From assembly GCA_907165135.1 (NCBI GenBank), contig OU015568.1, forward strand, positions 13,578,001 through 13,642,000: a DNA stretch of 64,000 nucleotides. Reading direction: 5' to 3'. The position numbers and the translations under genes were made by a program. The stretch comes from Oikopleura dioica (taxonomy: Eukaryota; Animalia; Chordata). The notes beneath the pieces are model-generated. The model was not told the DNA's origin. It searched no databases and saw only the letters and a program-made list of their open reading frames with translations. Positions 50,691-62,365 of the stretch are shown here, piece by piece; positions within the stretch are counted from its first letter, which is position 1; each line of letters starts with the position of its first letter.

Positions 50691-53600
50691 TCAGTAACCC
50701 AATTTCTTGTTCAAAGCCGTCGAGCCATCCCCAGATTGATCTGAAAAGAAATACAGTCTTTCTAGTGTATATATTCAATAAAACCAAAGAGCAGACACTT
50801 TCATGTCTAAAGTCTTACTTTCAGGAGGAACCCAAGTGGAGACCATTTCGTCGTCGTCATAGTTGACGTCAAATTGTCTGCTTGACTGGCTAATCTTCTT
50901 CTCGTTCTTCTTCCGCTTAGCATCTAGTTCGATGGAATCTTTATCGCCTTTTGACAGATAAAACTTTGAAGCAAAAATAATTGCGATTGAAGATTTGTTA
51001 ATGACGATTTATTTTTATCCTCCCCTGATACAGCGTACTCAGCGTTGAACTGAGTTTTTGTGATACCACTGAGGGTACCAACAATTTTTCGCTTTTGATT
51101 GTTTTTTGGAACTTCTTGGACATTTGTGGCAGTGCTGTTTATTTGGCTAGTTTGTTTCGGTTTCTCAGAATCAACGTCAAAGAGTTTAATTGATTTTCGT
51201 GTGTCGTTTTCTTTTTCTGTCTTATCTACGAATAGTTCAAAGTTCATGTTCGTTCTTGCTGTATACTAAAAAATAGAACCCCTGTCGCAAAATTGATGCT
51301 CAAGGCAGGATCTGATTTGAATGTTTAATGTATTTCATCCAGCATAAGCTGGGTTCAGATAATGGAAAATATTTTCTTTTCGGAAAAATTGTGAACGGTT
51401 ATCACATGGAAAGCTTCTATAAAATTCCATATTCACCTGCTTTAGAGATGTCTTCTTCATCAGAATCATTCTCGACTACATCAGTTTTTGCTATATTGAT
51501 TTCCATCTTATTAATTGTGTCTGCAGCTGGTATTTTTTTCTTGGTCATCATAGAACCCGCAGATGTGACTCGACCTTTCATCAGAGAAGGCACTTTCCGA
51601 GATCCGGTATGTGTTGAAGTCGGTTTGAGAATATCGGGAAGAGCTGCTGGAGCGGCCGCAGTAGCCAACTTCTTCCAATGAGCCAGGTCCTTTGACAACT
51701 CTGCTTTTCTGCGATGCATTTTTGATCGGGTCATGCTATCGAGCGCTCCCCCAGATTTGACTGTTTTCATAAATGCTTCGAGAGGATCATCTGATGACTT
51801 AAACTGCTCCCTTTGTTTCCTATCTAAATAAGCTCATTTTCCACTCGCCCAATTTAAAGCTACCTCTCTCAATTTTTCGGATAAGTGAGTCGTACTCAGC
51901 TTGAGTTTTATTTAGATTTTCCATTATTTCGTCGTACGAGATCGCTTTCTCCTTTTTCTGTTTTCCAGTCGTCGCCAACTTACGCTTCTTACGTTTATTT
52001 TCTAGGTCGCCGGTTCGATCGTAGAAGTTGTCTTCGTCGGAATCGTAGAAATCGTTTTGCTCCAGTTTGTCTCGTTTACTTCTAGCCTTAAAAATGAAGT
52101 TTTGCTTATTATCTATAGAATTATCTCATGCCTTAGCGTTCTGGTCAAAAATTCCATTTCTATCCAGCATCTTACAGGCTTCAAGAGCACAGTGTGTCTT
52201 CGCGCCCAATTTTCCCTCTCCTTCCGCTTCGACTGTGATTCCAGATGCGCCGTCACCTATCGGAAGTTCTAGCTTGCAAATCCATTTTCCTTTGGGAGTT
52301 TGTTGAAAGTCCCATGGTGGTTCCATCATATCCGACGTAAAGAAGTGATTGATAGCTTTGAGTGGGTCTTTGTTGTAGAACGCATTTGGATTCAATTCAG
52401 TCTAAATTATTCCGGTAATAAGCGGGATGAATTATTAATTAATTTACCTTCAGAAATGATGGTGTCTTTCCATCACCTCCGATCGGCGCATTTACATCTT
52501 CTGAATCATCATCGTCCCAGGCGTCCTCAGTGAAACCCCAGTTCACTCCCTCTTCCTCCTTGGCCTTTCCTTTCGCCTTTTCTTCTTCGTCATCAGAATC
52601 ATCCTCGCCAAGCATTTGCTTTTCAAGCTTGCGTTGTTTCTTTTTGAACTGTTCACGCAATTCGAACCCTGATTCTTTGGATTCCTATGTTCGGAGATCT
52701 TTATTCGCACACCTCTCAATTCATGCAAAATTTCTATACCAGAACTAACTAGACGGAAAGTGGTTGGAAACTTGTACGCTGTCTAGACACTGATGATTTA
52801 AATTTGATGATCCCTTGCCTCAAGTTGGTCATCATCTGGCCCGACCATAATGTACTTCCGGGTTGAGTTTCCAATTTCCAAGACGGACCCGACAGTGCAT
52901 CGAACATACTGATGTGGACGCAGCTTCATTTTGTTAAGCTTCACACCATTGCTACTGCCGTAGTCGAGTAGTTTCCACGTCTTGTCTTGAGCATGCCATT
53001 GAAGAATACAGTGATACCTTGAGACCGATGGATGTTCAAGTCGCAGATCGCACGTTTCCCATTTTCCAAGGACATGACAGCTCTTCCCGCTGAGCTGATA
53101 CTTTCCTAAGAGATGAAATTACATTTTATATTAAAATTACTACTGACTTTACCGATAATTTTGCCATTTTTGAGAACTTCTAGCTTGTAAGATTCTTCTT
53201 CGCATATGCTAGTCCAAACAGGCTCTCTGTAGGAAAAGCTTGGGGCCGTTTTACTGGAGGAGATCTTCTTTGGTGGCACTGGATCTGCTTTGTTGGGGGA
53301 ACTTTGAGGAAGTGATGGGGCTTTAAATCCTGAAGATTCCTGAACAGCAGGCTGGGGATAAGCTTTGCATACTTCCTCATTCGGTTGTTCTTCACTATCA
53401 TTCGCGAGTGTGGCATCTGTGAATAGATAAAGATTATTCTTCACTGAATGTGTATTGCTACACTCACCTTTCTTCTCTGAATCCGATGATTTATTTTCTT
53501 CACTTGTTTCCTCTGCATCTGGAATAACAACTTCTCGCTGAGCAAGAACAGCAAGTACGTCTGCTGACGGCATCGCCGGGCCTTTTCTCACGGCATCAGC

Positions 53601-53892
53601 TGGAATATCAGAGGTCTCGGCCGGCTCTCCATTCGACTTGCGTCGGATCTCTAATCACTGGCTTGATTTCCACCTTTGATAATTTGGAATTAAAACTTCC
53701 TCGTGTGATATAAAATTCCTAAGATTCGACGTAAAAATATATAGCCTTTCCTAGTCCACCCTTTCTTCCGTTATCCGACCCTTCCAGCTTTCCGACAAAA
53801 GCATCTGACGTAAAATCAACTTCTGTTCTTTCTTGCTCTTCATCATCTTCCTCCTTTTTCGGCTTGCGTCTTTTACGGTCCAGCTTTATCAT
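50691..53892 (-). CDS. SLC4A1AP: Kanadaptin (FHA + dsRNA-binding-like domain)
   Basis: YKLEVLKNGKII, HPSVSRYHCILQ..DYGSSNGVKLNK (FHA); DPLKAINHFF..WICKLELP..CALEACKMLD; C-terminal WVPPE-SGDGSTALNKKLGY*. First exon approximate. Confidence 0.9.
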
Positions 53893-53917
53893 GCTAAATG
53901 CAAACAGATCGAAAATG

Positions 53918-54882
53918 TCATCTTTCGAGCCTCTTTAATCTTTCCTCACAAGAAGTTGTATGTCTCTGTAAGCGAGTAAAGTTAAGGAAAGTGGTCGAGC
54001 AGTAAGAGCAAGTAAAGTCCTTTGTATGGTTTCTTTGCCAGTGGCGATTCATAGCATCTTGTGTTCGAAAAAGTAATGAGCAGTAATCGCATTTTATGCT
54101 TTTCGTGTCAAAGTGTGTAAGTAGATGCTGGCTAATCATTTTTTCTGAAGTAGTAGAGCGATAAGGACAGTATGGACAGGATAGAAGACGGTTTTCATGC
54201 ACCCGATAGTGTAATTCCAGTCCGTAGGCATCCTTGCATTGGTAAGAACAGCTCTTGTACTTGCACGAACGCTTTGGGTCGACTGTGGGTGCTCTATTTC
54301 CCGTCCCGTGGAAGCGCGAGTAATGTGACTTGAGCGACTTTTGGGAATATGCAACGAATTCGCAATCTTCTTTTCCGCAAGCCATATTTTTATAAAAGTG
54401 TTTGTCAATCATATGCGGCACGAGACCATCCTTCGCCATCGCTGTTGTATACTTGCAGTAAGCTTCGCTACAGTGAATAAGTCGATTTTCTTTTATTTCC
54501 CAGTGAAAATGGTCGCGATTGACATAGAAGAATTCAAGATGCTCTTTTGGAAGACCGAACCTTGTTGCCATTAGTGTGAACTCAGCAGGTACTAGCAAAA
54601 CTATCAACAAAATTCGTAGTGAGAATAAAAGCTACCTTTCTTTTTCTTAGGTAGAGTAGATGCTTTCTTATTGTTCTTTTTTATAGGCTCAATGTCGATT
54701 TTCTTCTTTTCTGGGGGCTTCTGTATAGCAAAACTCAACTTCACTTTGTTTGACGATGAGGTCTTGTTGTTGTTTGATTCTTGTTTGTTAGTTTCTTTCA
54801 GAAAGATCTTCAGAGTCTTCTCTCTTCTCGTTCTTTTGAAATATTTTTCCAAGAACTTAATGATTCTTCTTTTTCTTGACAT
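53918..54882 (-). CDS. Zinc-finger protein A: N-terminal LisH-like motif and about 6 C2H2/C2HC fingers
   Basis: MSRKRRIIKFLEKYFKRTRREKTLKIFLKE, KLSFAIQKPP, FGLPKEHLEFFY, then CxxxxC..H..H fingers. One intron near 54640..54600. Confidence 0.88.
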
Positions 54883-54883
54883 T

Positions 54884-55855
54884 CTAAAATGGCAGAAAAT
54901 AAAAACTTGAGTACGCAAACTTCATCAATCTTTTCTCGCAGGTTCGAACATGTTTTTGGTAACTGGCAATGCTTGTTAACGAAACCAAGCAATGGCAGCA
55001 AGTAAAATCGTTTGAATGACTGAACCTTGTATGCTTACTCAGCTCAGCATTTGACGAAAAGGGATAAGAACAGACTTCGCAGACAAAAGGTTTGATGTTG
55101 AAATGAGACATGAGATGTATGGTCATGCGAGTATCTTTCGCGGTTTTTACATTGCAGAACTCGCAGATCATAAGTCGGTTCTCGTGAATCCGATGATGCA
55201 ATTCAAGAGCACTCGTAGTCGGAGAGATGTAAGGACAGCTCGAGAACTTACAACGATGGAGCTGATCAACACTCGCTGCTCGCTTTCCTATTCCATGAAA
55301 CTTAACCGTGTGGTAACGGAGTGTCTTTTCGGAGTATGCAACGTATTCACAGTCTTTTTTGCCACAAGGAAAATCACCAAATCCATGCGAGTCAATCATA
55401 TGCTGGACAAGTGCTTTTGGCTTGACTTTTGTTGTAAATTTACAGTGCAGATTGTTCCCTGTACAGTGAAGTTTCTGATCTCCCTTAATTTCCCAGTGAA
55501 AGCTTTGCCGGTGTTCGTAAAAAAATTCAAGATGCTCTTTTGGAAGTCCAAATTTTGTTGCCATTACTTCGAAATCTGCTGGAACTATGGAGAGTTTACG
55601 ACGAGAATCTCTATACTGACTACCTTCAAGTTTCTTCTCTTTTGATATCTTGTCTTTTTTCTTTGGTGCTTCAATATCGATTCTCTTTCTATCTGGTGGT
55701 TTTTGTATTGCAAAACTCAACTTTATCATATTCGACGAGGAGTTGTCTTTTTTGTCTGACTCTAGCTCTTCAAGAAATACCTTCAGCGTCTCCTTTCTAT
55801 TTGTTTTTGCGAAATACTTTTTCAAAAACTTGTTGATTCTTTTATTTCTTGACAT
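54884..55855 (-). CDS. Zinc-finger protein B, tandem paralog of A
   Basis: MSRNKRINKFLKKYFAKTNRKETLKVFLEE, KLSFAIQKPP, FGLPKEHLEFFY and 6 fingers aligned with A. Probable in-frame 39-nt intron at the same position as the intron in A. Confidence 0.88.
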   Translation of the reverse strand: MSRNKRINKFLKKYFAKTNRKETLKVFLEELESDKKDNSSSNMIKLSFAIQKPPDRKRIDIEAPKKKDKISKEKKLEGSQYRDSRRKLSIVPADFEVMATKFGLPKEHLEFFYEHRQSFHWEIKGDQKLHCTGNNLHCKFTTKVKPKALVQHMIDSHGFGDFPCGKKDCEYVAYSEKTLRYHTVKFHGIGKRAASVDQLHRCKFSSCPYISPTTSALELHHRIHENRLMICEFCNVKTAKDTRMTIHLMSHFNIKPFVCEVCSYPFSSNAELSKHTRFSHSNDFTCCHCLVSLTSIASYQKHVRTCEKRLMKFAYSSFYFLPF

Positions 55856-56045
55856 TCTAGTAGTAATTCATGACAAAGATTTTCTTGGTAGAAAGAATAT
55901 TTACGGAAAATATCGGAAAAGGCAAGTCAGCTTTGAAATACGAGAGAAAAAGTTCATGTTTGGGGCAGTTTTCGAAGGGAGCAGTAAAACATAAAAAGAA
56001 CTAAGAAGGAGAATAAAGAAATCAGAAAAAGAATCTAATCAGGCG

Positions 56046-58526
56046 CTATCTTCGCGCAACTTCGGGTTGATAAGTGACATGTTGATCCCACTTTTCCCGC
56101 GCAGAAGCATCCATTTTATGGCGGAATTCGTCGTATTCTGCGGCTGGAAGATTTCGAGTTTCCGAAATTTCTATTGATTTTGTTCCTTTTGCGAGGAATT
56201 CGCGTAGAACTGGCAGAACATCCGCTACTTTGATGTTAAATTTTCTATAGGTAGTCCAAGCATTACCTTGTAAGCCACTGCAGTTTGAAAGATTCAGACA
56301 TTCATCCAAGGGAATTTGCGACGCCTCAGACACCAATTTGCTCAGACCATCAGCTGTCAGACGCACACAAGCCATAAGTGACAGCGAGCGAAGATCGGGA
56401 AGTTTTGAAAGATGAAACATTGCATCATCGGATATATCAGCCCCGTCTAGTATGAGCTCCTGCAATTTCATCAGTCGAGAATGGGAGGGAGAAGGCGTGC
56501 CCATTCTGATATTCCCTGTCGGGCAACTCGTCATTTCTTCGATCGCCGCATCTGTAACAACGCTCCAGGACAAATCAAGGCATCGTAGAGGTGGTGCCTG
56601 ACGATTGATTAGAATAAGATTCTAATTTCACTATACCTGGCCCGTGTTGATTGCTGAAATCGCGCTCCAGGATGCGCCGCGGAGGATCAGCTTGCGCAAC
56701 ATCGGGCTTCTGGACAGAAGAAAAGCTGTCTGGCGATACGTACAGGAAGTTGGCAAGGAGACAGATTCTGGAGCTCTACGCATTAACCATTTTAGGCTCG
56801 ATGGGGTCAAAGAGTCAAGATGACTTAGATCTACATGACGCCATAATGTTCTTGCCGTCACAAATCGATGGAACGCCTTACAAGTTTGGGCGACTTTAGC
56901 ACGATCTCTTGTACAAAGTGTCGAGAAAACTTTTCCCCAGATTTCTTCGGGGAAATTGTGGCAGATTTTATTTGCAGTCGAGGCCTTCTTCTCTCCGTTA
57001 ATTTTTAGATGCGTTGGCTTGAGTTTTTGTGCTTCTGACGGGAGAATGACCATTACGCTTGGTAGGACTTTCGGTTTCGGAATCTCGATTTTCAGAACCT
57101 TCGCTGGCGGCTCTTCGTGAGTGTAGTGGATGATCGTAGGCATCAAAATATTCTTTGGAAGGACATCCGCTATGTGTTCGGAAAGAATTTTCTAAAAGCG
57201 AATGCACCAATTACAAAAATGTTTTTTTTACCTTGATGCAAGCCAAAATTTTGTGCGAATCAATGCTAGCCGGGCAATACTTGGTTGACGTTGACATAAT
57301 CGATAGCCGTTTATAGAGTTTTTTCAAACCCTTGATTTCTCTTAGATGATTTTTAGGGATGAATACGGACTGTGCTACTTACAGTGGTGCTAATTTATGA
57401 GAACTGGTTACGACTTGACTGTATGCGTGCATAACATACCACATGAGAGGCCAAAAGTGTGGAAACTTCTCTCGATTGGGAACTTTTAGTTTTTCTTCCA
57501 TTTCAACGACGCGCACTTGCATCTTCATTGACAATCCGTGGAGAAAATTTCCGCCGAAATTGATGCAATCCACAGGTGTAAAAACCGCATGAATCCAACC
57601 AGATGGAATAAAAAGTGTTTCGCCAGCTTGGACTCGTATTCTTTGACATTCATCAACCTTGTCGCCAAAAAATACTTGGTCTTGAGCGCCGCTCAACGTC
57701 CACTTTTCGAAAAGCTCAAGATTCTTCTTCGTCGGAGGGATGAACCAGAAAATCTTCTCACCGCGGTGAACGTGGTACCAAACGCTTGTCCCCCCGAAGT
57801 CTACGTGGAAGTCCGTGTAAGAATTGGCGGGAGAAACAAGACAGTATTTTTGGACTTTTGGCCAAGCAAGATCTAATTCGCCGTCTGGAACTGGTCGTTT
57901 GCTAACGGGCCAACAAAGTGTTACATGATCGATGGCGTTAACGATCGAAGGTCTGCTCACATAATCTAAAGATGTGTATTTTAATAAAATTCTAATTAAT
58001 TCCATTCGACTACCTGACAAGGCGGTGTCGCCGAATTCGAGAGATAATAAATTCAAAATTCTTCTTTTCGTCCTCCTCTCAAAATACCGTACAAACCGCG
58101 AAAAGGTCATCTGCAGACCCTGAAAAACATTTGGAATTCTGATTTATCGCATGGGCAAACCTGTTGATTACGACAGTCAATTAGATCAACGACGCGTTTT
58201 CCACCGATGAGTCGTTCAACATCACGTACGGTAAAATTTTTGGGAGGTAATGTCATCCCAAGTCCATCTGGTTTTCTAAACATCATTGGCCATTCGAAAC
58301 CAGTCTCAGCAAGATATGCGTATGTTAATTTTTCTCCTGACGGAAAATCTCTCACGAATTTTGGCTTTGTATATTTTTCAGACAGCAACTAGAGTCGAGC
58401 GTCGATTGATAATATCGCAATGAAGAGCCTTACCTGCATTTCTATGTCGAAAGATGTTGCTGGTGCTACTTCTTCATCATCGGAAGCGACCATATCTTCT
58501 GGATCAGAACTTTCAAGATCTGACAT
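56046..58526 (-). CDS. KDM2: JmjC histone H3K36 demethylase KDM2 (FBXL10/11): JmjC + F-box + LRR, no CxxC/PHD
   Basis: YTDFHVDFGGTSVWYHV..GEKIFWFIPPT..FIPSGWIHAVFTP..FGGNFLH; F-box FPEEIWGKVFSTL..TCKAF..LWRHVDLS; LRRs (LRSLSLMACVRLT). Confidence 0.93.
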
Positions 58527-58596
58527 ATTCTCTAAACAAATCACATTGATTTATAGGCGTGGCATTGTTTGTTGAAGAAGAAATAATTAATTTATT

Positions 58597-60052
58597 CTAT
58601 TTGAGAGTGACAGTGACAATATATCCGTATTTCCCGGCGATTTCTTCTTGCTGGACCTTGGCTTCATACTTCGATGTCTGAGACCACTTGAACCATCGTT
58701 CAACACGTGTCTCTGGAGGTTCTTCTGTCAGCTGTAAGACCTTTCCCGATGGCCCCAATACACGCACCATTTCATCCATCGCTTGGAAAGAATCGGATTC
58801 TTCAAGTCGCATAAAGGCATCCATTGTTCCCTGAGAACGAATGAATTACAATCGTTGAAATCATGGAGGAGTCAAAATACACCCACCTTGTCAATAATAT
58901 AATCGATAGAGTTGTCTGCACAGGTTAAAGATCTACAATCATCTTTACAGATGACTAGTGAATTTCCATTTTTGACGAGAAGAGATTCAGAATCGCCAGT
59001 CTTTTTCGAATAGTTTTCAAGGAGAGTCTCAACTGATTTTGCCTGAAATCGGCAAGCTTCCTCAGAAAAATCGATCGCCCAACCATCAAGGTCTAAAGTC
59101 AACTTATAAAATCCGAGTAAAATTTTGAGTCTTACTTTTCATCATAAAAATAATGCGAAGCATCAAAGTGCTTGTGCCTACCCCCAAGTCAAGGATGGAT
59201 ACGCGGTGATCTCTGTCAGTATCTGCGATTGATGTGTGTCTCTTGATGAAATCGAGAGCTTGGTTTTGATTCAGAAACCAATCTTGCTTCTGCTTCCGGT
59301 GGTATCCATCCCAAAAATCTTCCTTTGCCAATGGAATGCTCTCAAGATCGGCAGAATAGCTGTCAGATATTTGTGGATTGGGCGGTGGGTATTTCAAGTT
59401 GGCGATTTTCAATGCTCCAGATTGTTTTCTACTGAGAACATCTGGAATATCAATCTCATAATATTCTGGGTCCAGTGGGTCAAACTTTAGATCCGGAAAA
59501 AGTATAGAAAGCTCGTTATGCGCACTATCCAAAGCGTCTGACCTCCACTGGGCTTTAACTGTTCTTCCGAAGAGTTTTATAAGAAATAGTTAGAGCCCGT
59601 TACCCATGGAAAGAGTTTCTCGTGTCAGAAATCCCGTAATCATGCCGAAGAGTATCCGGATTTAGATATTTAGTTTTTGTGACCTTCGTTGGGCCGATTA
59701 ACTGGCGCCAGTTTGCTATAACATTCTCGCCTTGCAAAGCAAGAGCAATCACTGGTCCAGATCGAACATAAGCTTGGAGTCGCGGATAAAAGAACTTTCC
59801 CTCGTGTTCGGCATAAAATCTGGCAGCCTGGGAGGAGGATATCTCAGTTTTTTTGGCCGCTAATATGTTGAACTTTTCATCCGCATCTAATTTTTCTAAT
59901 ATTTTTTGAACTGATTTCGGTGAAGCCGTAACTGTCAGAAGGGATTATTTTTTATATTCAAATCAATTATTCATATGCAATGGTCCCCTCCCTGAAGGTT
60001 TTAAAATTGCCAAAGTGACTTCCTGCGCCCGGACTATCCTCGAAAAGAACAT
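58597..60052 (-). CDS. NME6: Fusion of nucleoside diphosphate kinase 6 and CSKMT/METTL12-like lysine methyltransferase (about 411 aa)
   Basis: VTLAILKPS, FYAEHEGKFFYPRL, LIGPTKV, DTRNSFHGSD (NME6). An uninterrupted linker leads to FWDGYH..DWF, ILDLGVGTS, AIDFSEEA, IDYIIDKGTMDA, EMVRVLGPSG..LQLTEEPPETR (CSKMT-like). Five exons sum to 1236 nt. Confidence 0.85.
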
Positions 60053-60398
60053 TCTAGTACACAATGAACTCAGTATTACAAGCTTCTTACTTAGTAATAC
60101 TTTTGAAATGTTGAAGTTGAAAATTTATTGAGATATATTTTTTAAAAAAATGTTGAAACAATGAAGAGCTGATCGGAACAGGCGGCAAAAGTCTTAATTT
60201 CATTGAATTGGCGATTTTCACAGCATCTATTCGTCATCAAAGAATTCCAGTCAATTTTCATCCTGGACATGTAAACAAAAAATAAAATATATTAGGCGCA
60301 GCATCATGTGTAATTTTCAAATTAGACATTGGAGGCAAGAAAAAATATAAATTAAAGTTTTGGAGGAAATAAAGTTGGTTTGAATTTTTGGAGGAGCT

Positions 60399-62100
60399 TT
60401 AGAATTTTTGCTGTTTTTGAAGAGCTTTGACATCAAGTGAAACGAGTTGAGTTGGTGTTGTGCTTTTATTGGTGCTGGGAGACTGCGTCGACGGACTTTC
60501 TTTGACACACTTTTGGACTTCTTTAAATAGGGTGTCGAGAAGTTGTCACAAAGAAAAATACTCAATAAGTGACTTGTACAAAACCCTTGCCTGAGGACCG
60601 CCTAACAGTTGGTCTCCTTTCATTGGCAAAATTTTCAACGGGGTCCCGCTGTACTCTGCTCCTGGAAGAACTATCAGCGTGACTATCGTCAGAGGAAGAA
60701 TTTGACGGTGATGTTTGCACATTCCTTGAAATTTGTGGAACTCGTGCTAGCTCCCGCACAGCGAGAGGCTAAAAATTGATGGAAAATTATCTTGAGTAGG
60801 TAATATTAGAACTGGATTGATAGGAAAGAACGAAAATTTATTTTAGTTAACTAATTTCTACAGCTGAAATGTGACGATAAAACTTACCATAGACGAGTTT
60901 CTCTGATGCGTTCTGCGGCCACTACCGTGTCTAGATCCACCCGATCCAGATCCAGGGGTCCACATTCCAGAGTCGACACTGAGCCTATCGTTCTGGTCAG
61001 CGTCAGATGGATCCGACATATTGTCAATATGCTCTACAGAGTCAGCACGCCTAAGATCAGAAAGAACAGATCTGCAAGAAGAGGTATCTGACTGGTTGTT
61101 TCCAGTTCCAGCGGCGTTAGGGACTGTTAGATGATCTGATTTACCCTTATCAAAGAGTGACGCTCTGTAAGATATTCTTGAACTTACGGAAAGGTTTGAT
61201 TCTAGACTCTGCAACTTCCGATGCAAATGAATCTGCTCAGATATTGTCTCAAGAGTACGCAGAGCTGCTTGGTAGTCACTTTTCGAGATGTGTAGTTTTT
61301 GTTCGATTTCATTCACAGTGTTTCGTTTATCCTCCATTTCGGCCATTTTAATCACCTTCAGCTCAAAGTACGGTTTTGAAGAAATTATTGATCGCTTTTG
61401 GGATTTTTGAAGACTTCGCATTGTTCTCTGCAATAAAGTTTGATTCTTTACAATCAAGGAGGACTCACCTCGATCTCTTGCAGCTTTTGAATCTTTTGGG
61501 TGTGTAATTTTGCAGCTTCTTGTCGTTCTTTTTCTGCGATATTCACCTTTTCTGTGGCTTGGTTAAGCATTTCCGCCCATGCTAGCTTGTCTTGAGCATC
61601 CGCACCGACGGTACTTTCAAGGGAGGCCTCAGCAACGGCAACCATTTCTCTGGCAGCATTATGTCTTGAAGCCTAGATAGAATTATTCAACAAATGATAT
61701 TTATGAAAGAAATTACAGCATGTTCAAATTTTTCGGTAGCTAGTTGAACTGCGTGTTGTGCTTCTTTGAATTTATTTCTTGACTCGTAGTAAGGCCTCGA
61801 TTTCTTGACGCAAGAGCCGAGTGTTTTCTCCAGCGCTCGTAAATCATGTGATATTTTCTATTGAAACATAACTGAGTTGGAGCTTTTGTTTTACTCTTAC
61901 GTGAAGGTATGTTCGGTACTCAGTTCTAGCTTTCGTTAAAGCAGTTTCCAAGACGTTTATGTCTGTTCCAGCGTTGTTCAGTCGCTCCAGTTCCTCTGTA
62001 TGTACTTCATTAGCTTTGATCCTAATTACAACTGCTTACCTTGAACTCTGGGGTCTGTATCACCCTCACCATTTTCAAAAGAGCTTTCTTCACCTGACAT
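60399..62100 (-). CDS. SH3BP5: SH3 domain-binding protein 5 (SAB/parcas family Rab11 GEF)
   Basis: DPRVQ, EELERLNNAGTDINVLE, SRPYYES, AWAEMLNQATEKV, SKPYFELK, YQAALRTLETISEQIH. Confidence 0.92.
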
Positions 62101-62365
62101 TTAGAATCTCCGCGCTCTCGACTATTTCAAGCGTTTTCATCAGCCCTGCGTCCGATCCATCATCTGAATTAATTCGCCTTTAGGCCACTGAGTGTGCCAA
62201 TGACATTTACTTTTAACAGACACACAGCTTGTTTTTCTATAAAAGGAGGACACGTAGTTTTCTTAGAAAAATAAAATACAGAAAGTAAGAAAATAAGAAT
62301 CACCGTAAACAAAAGAAGATTCGTAGAAAGCGAAGAAGAAAAATCGATGGCGCGATGGGTGATTT

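Noticed and set aside
55103-55994. Plus-strand ORFs of 180, 98 and 114 aa
   Set aside because: Antisense to zinc-finger gene B; no independent coding signal.
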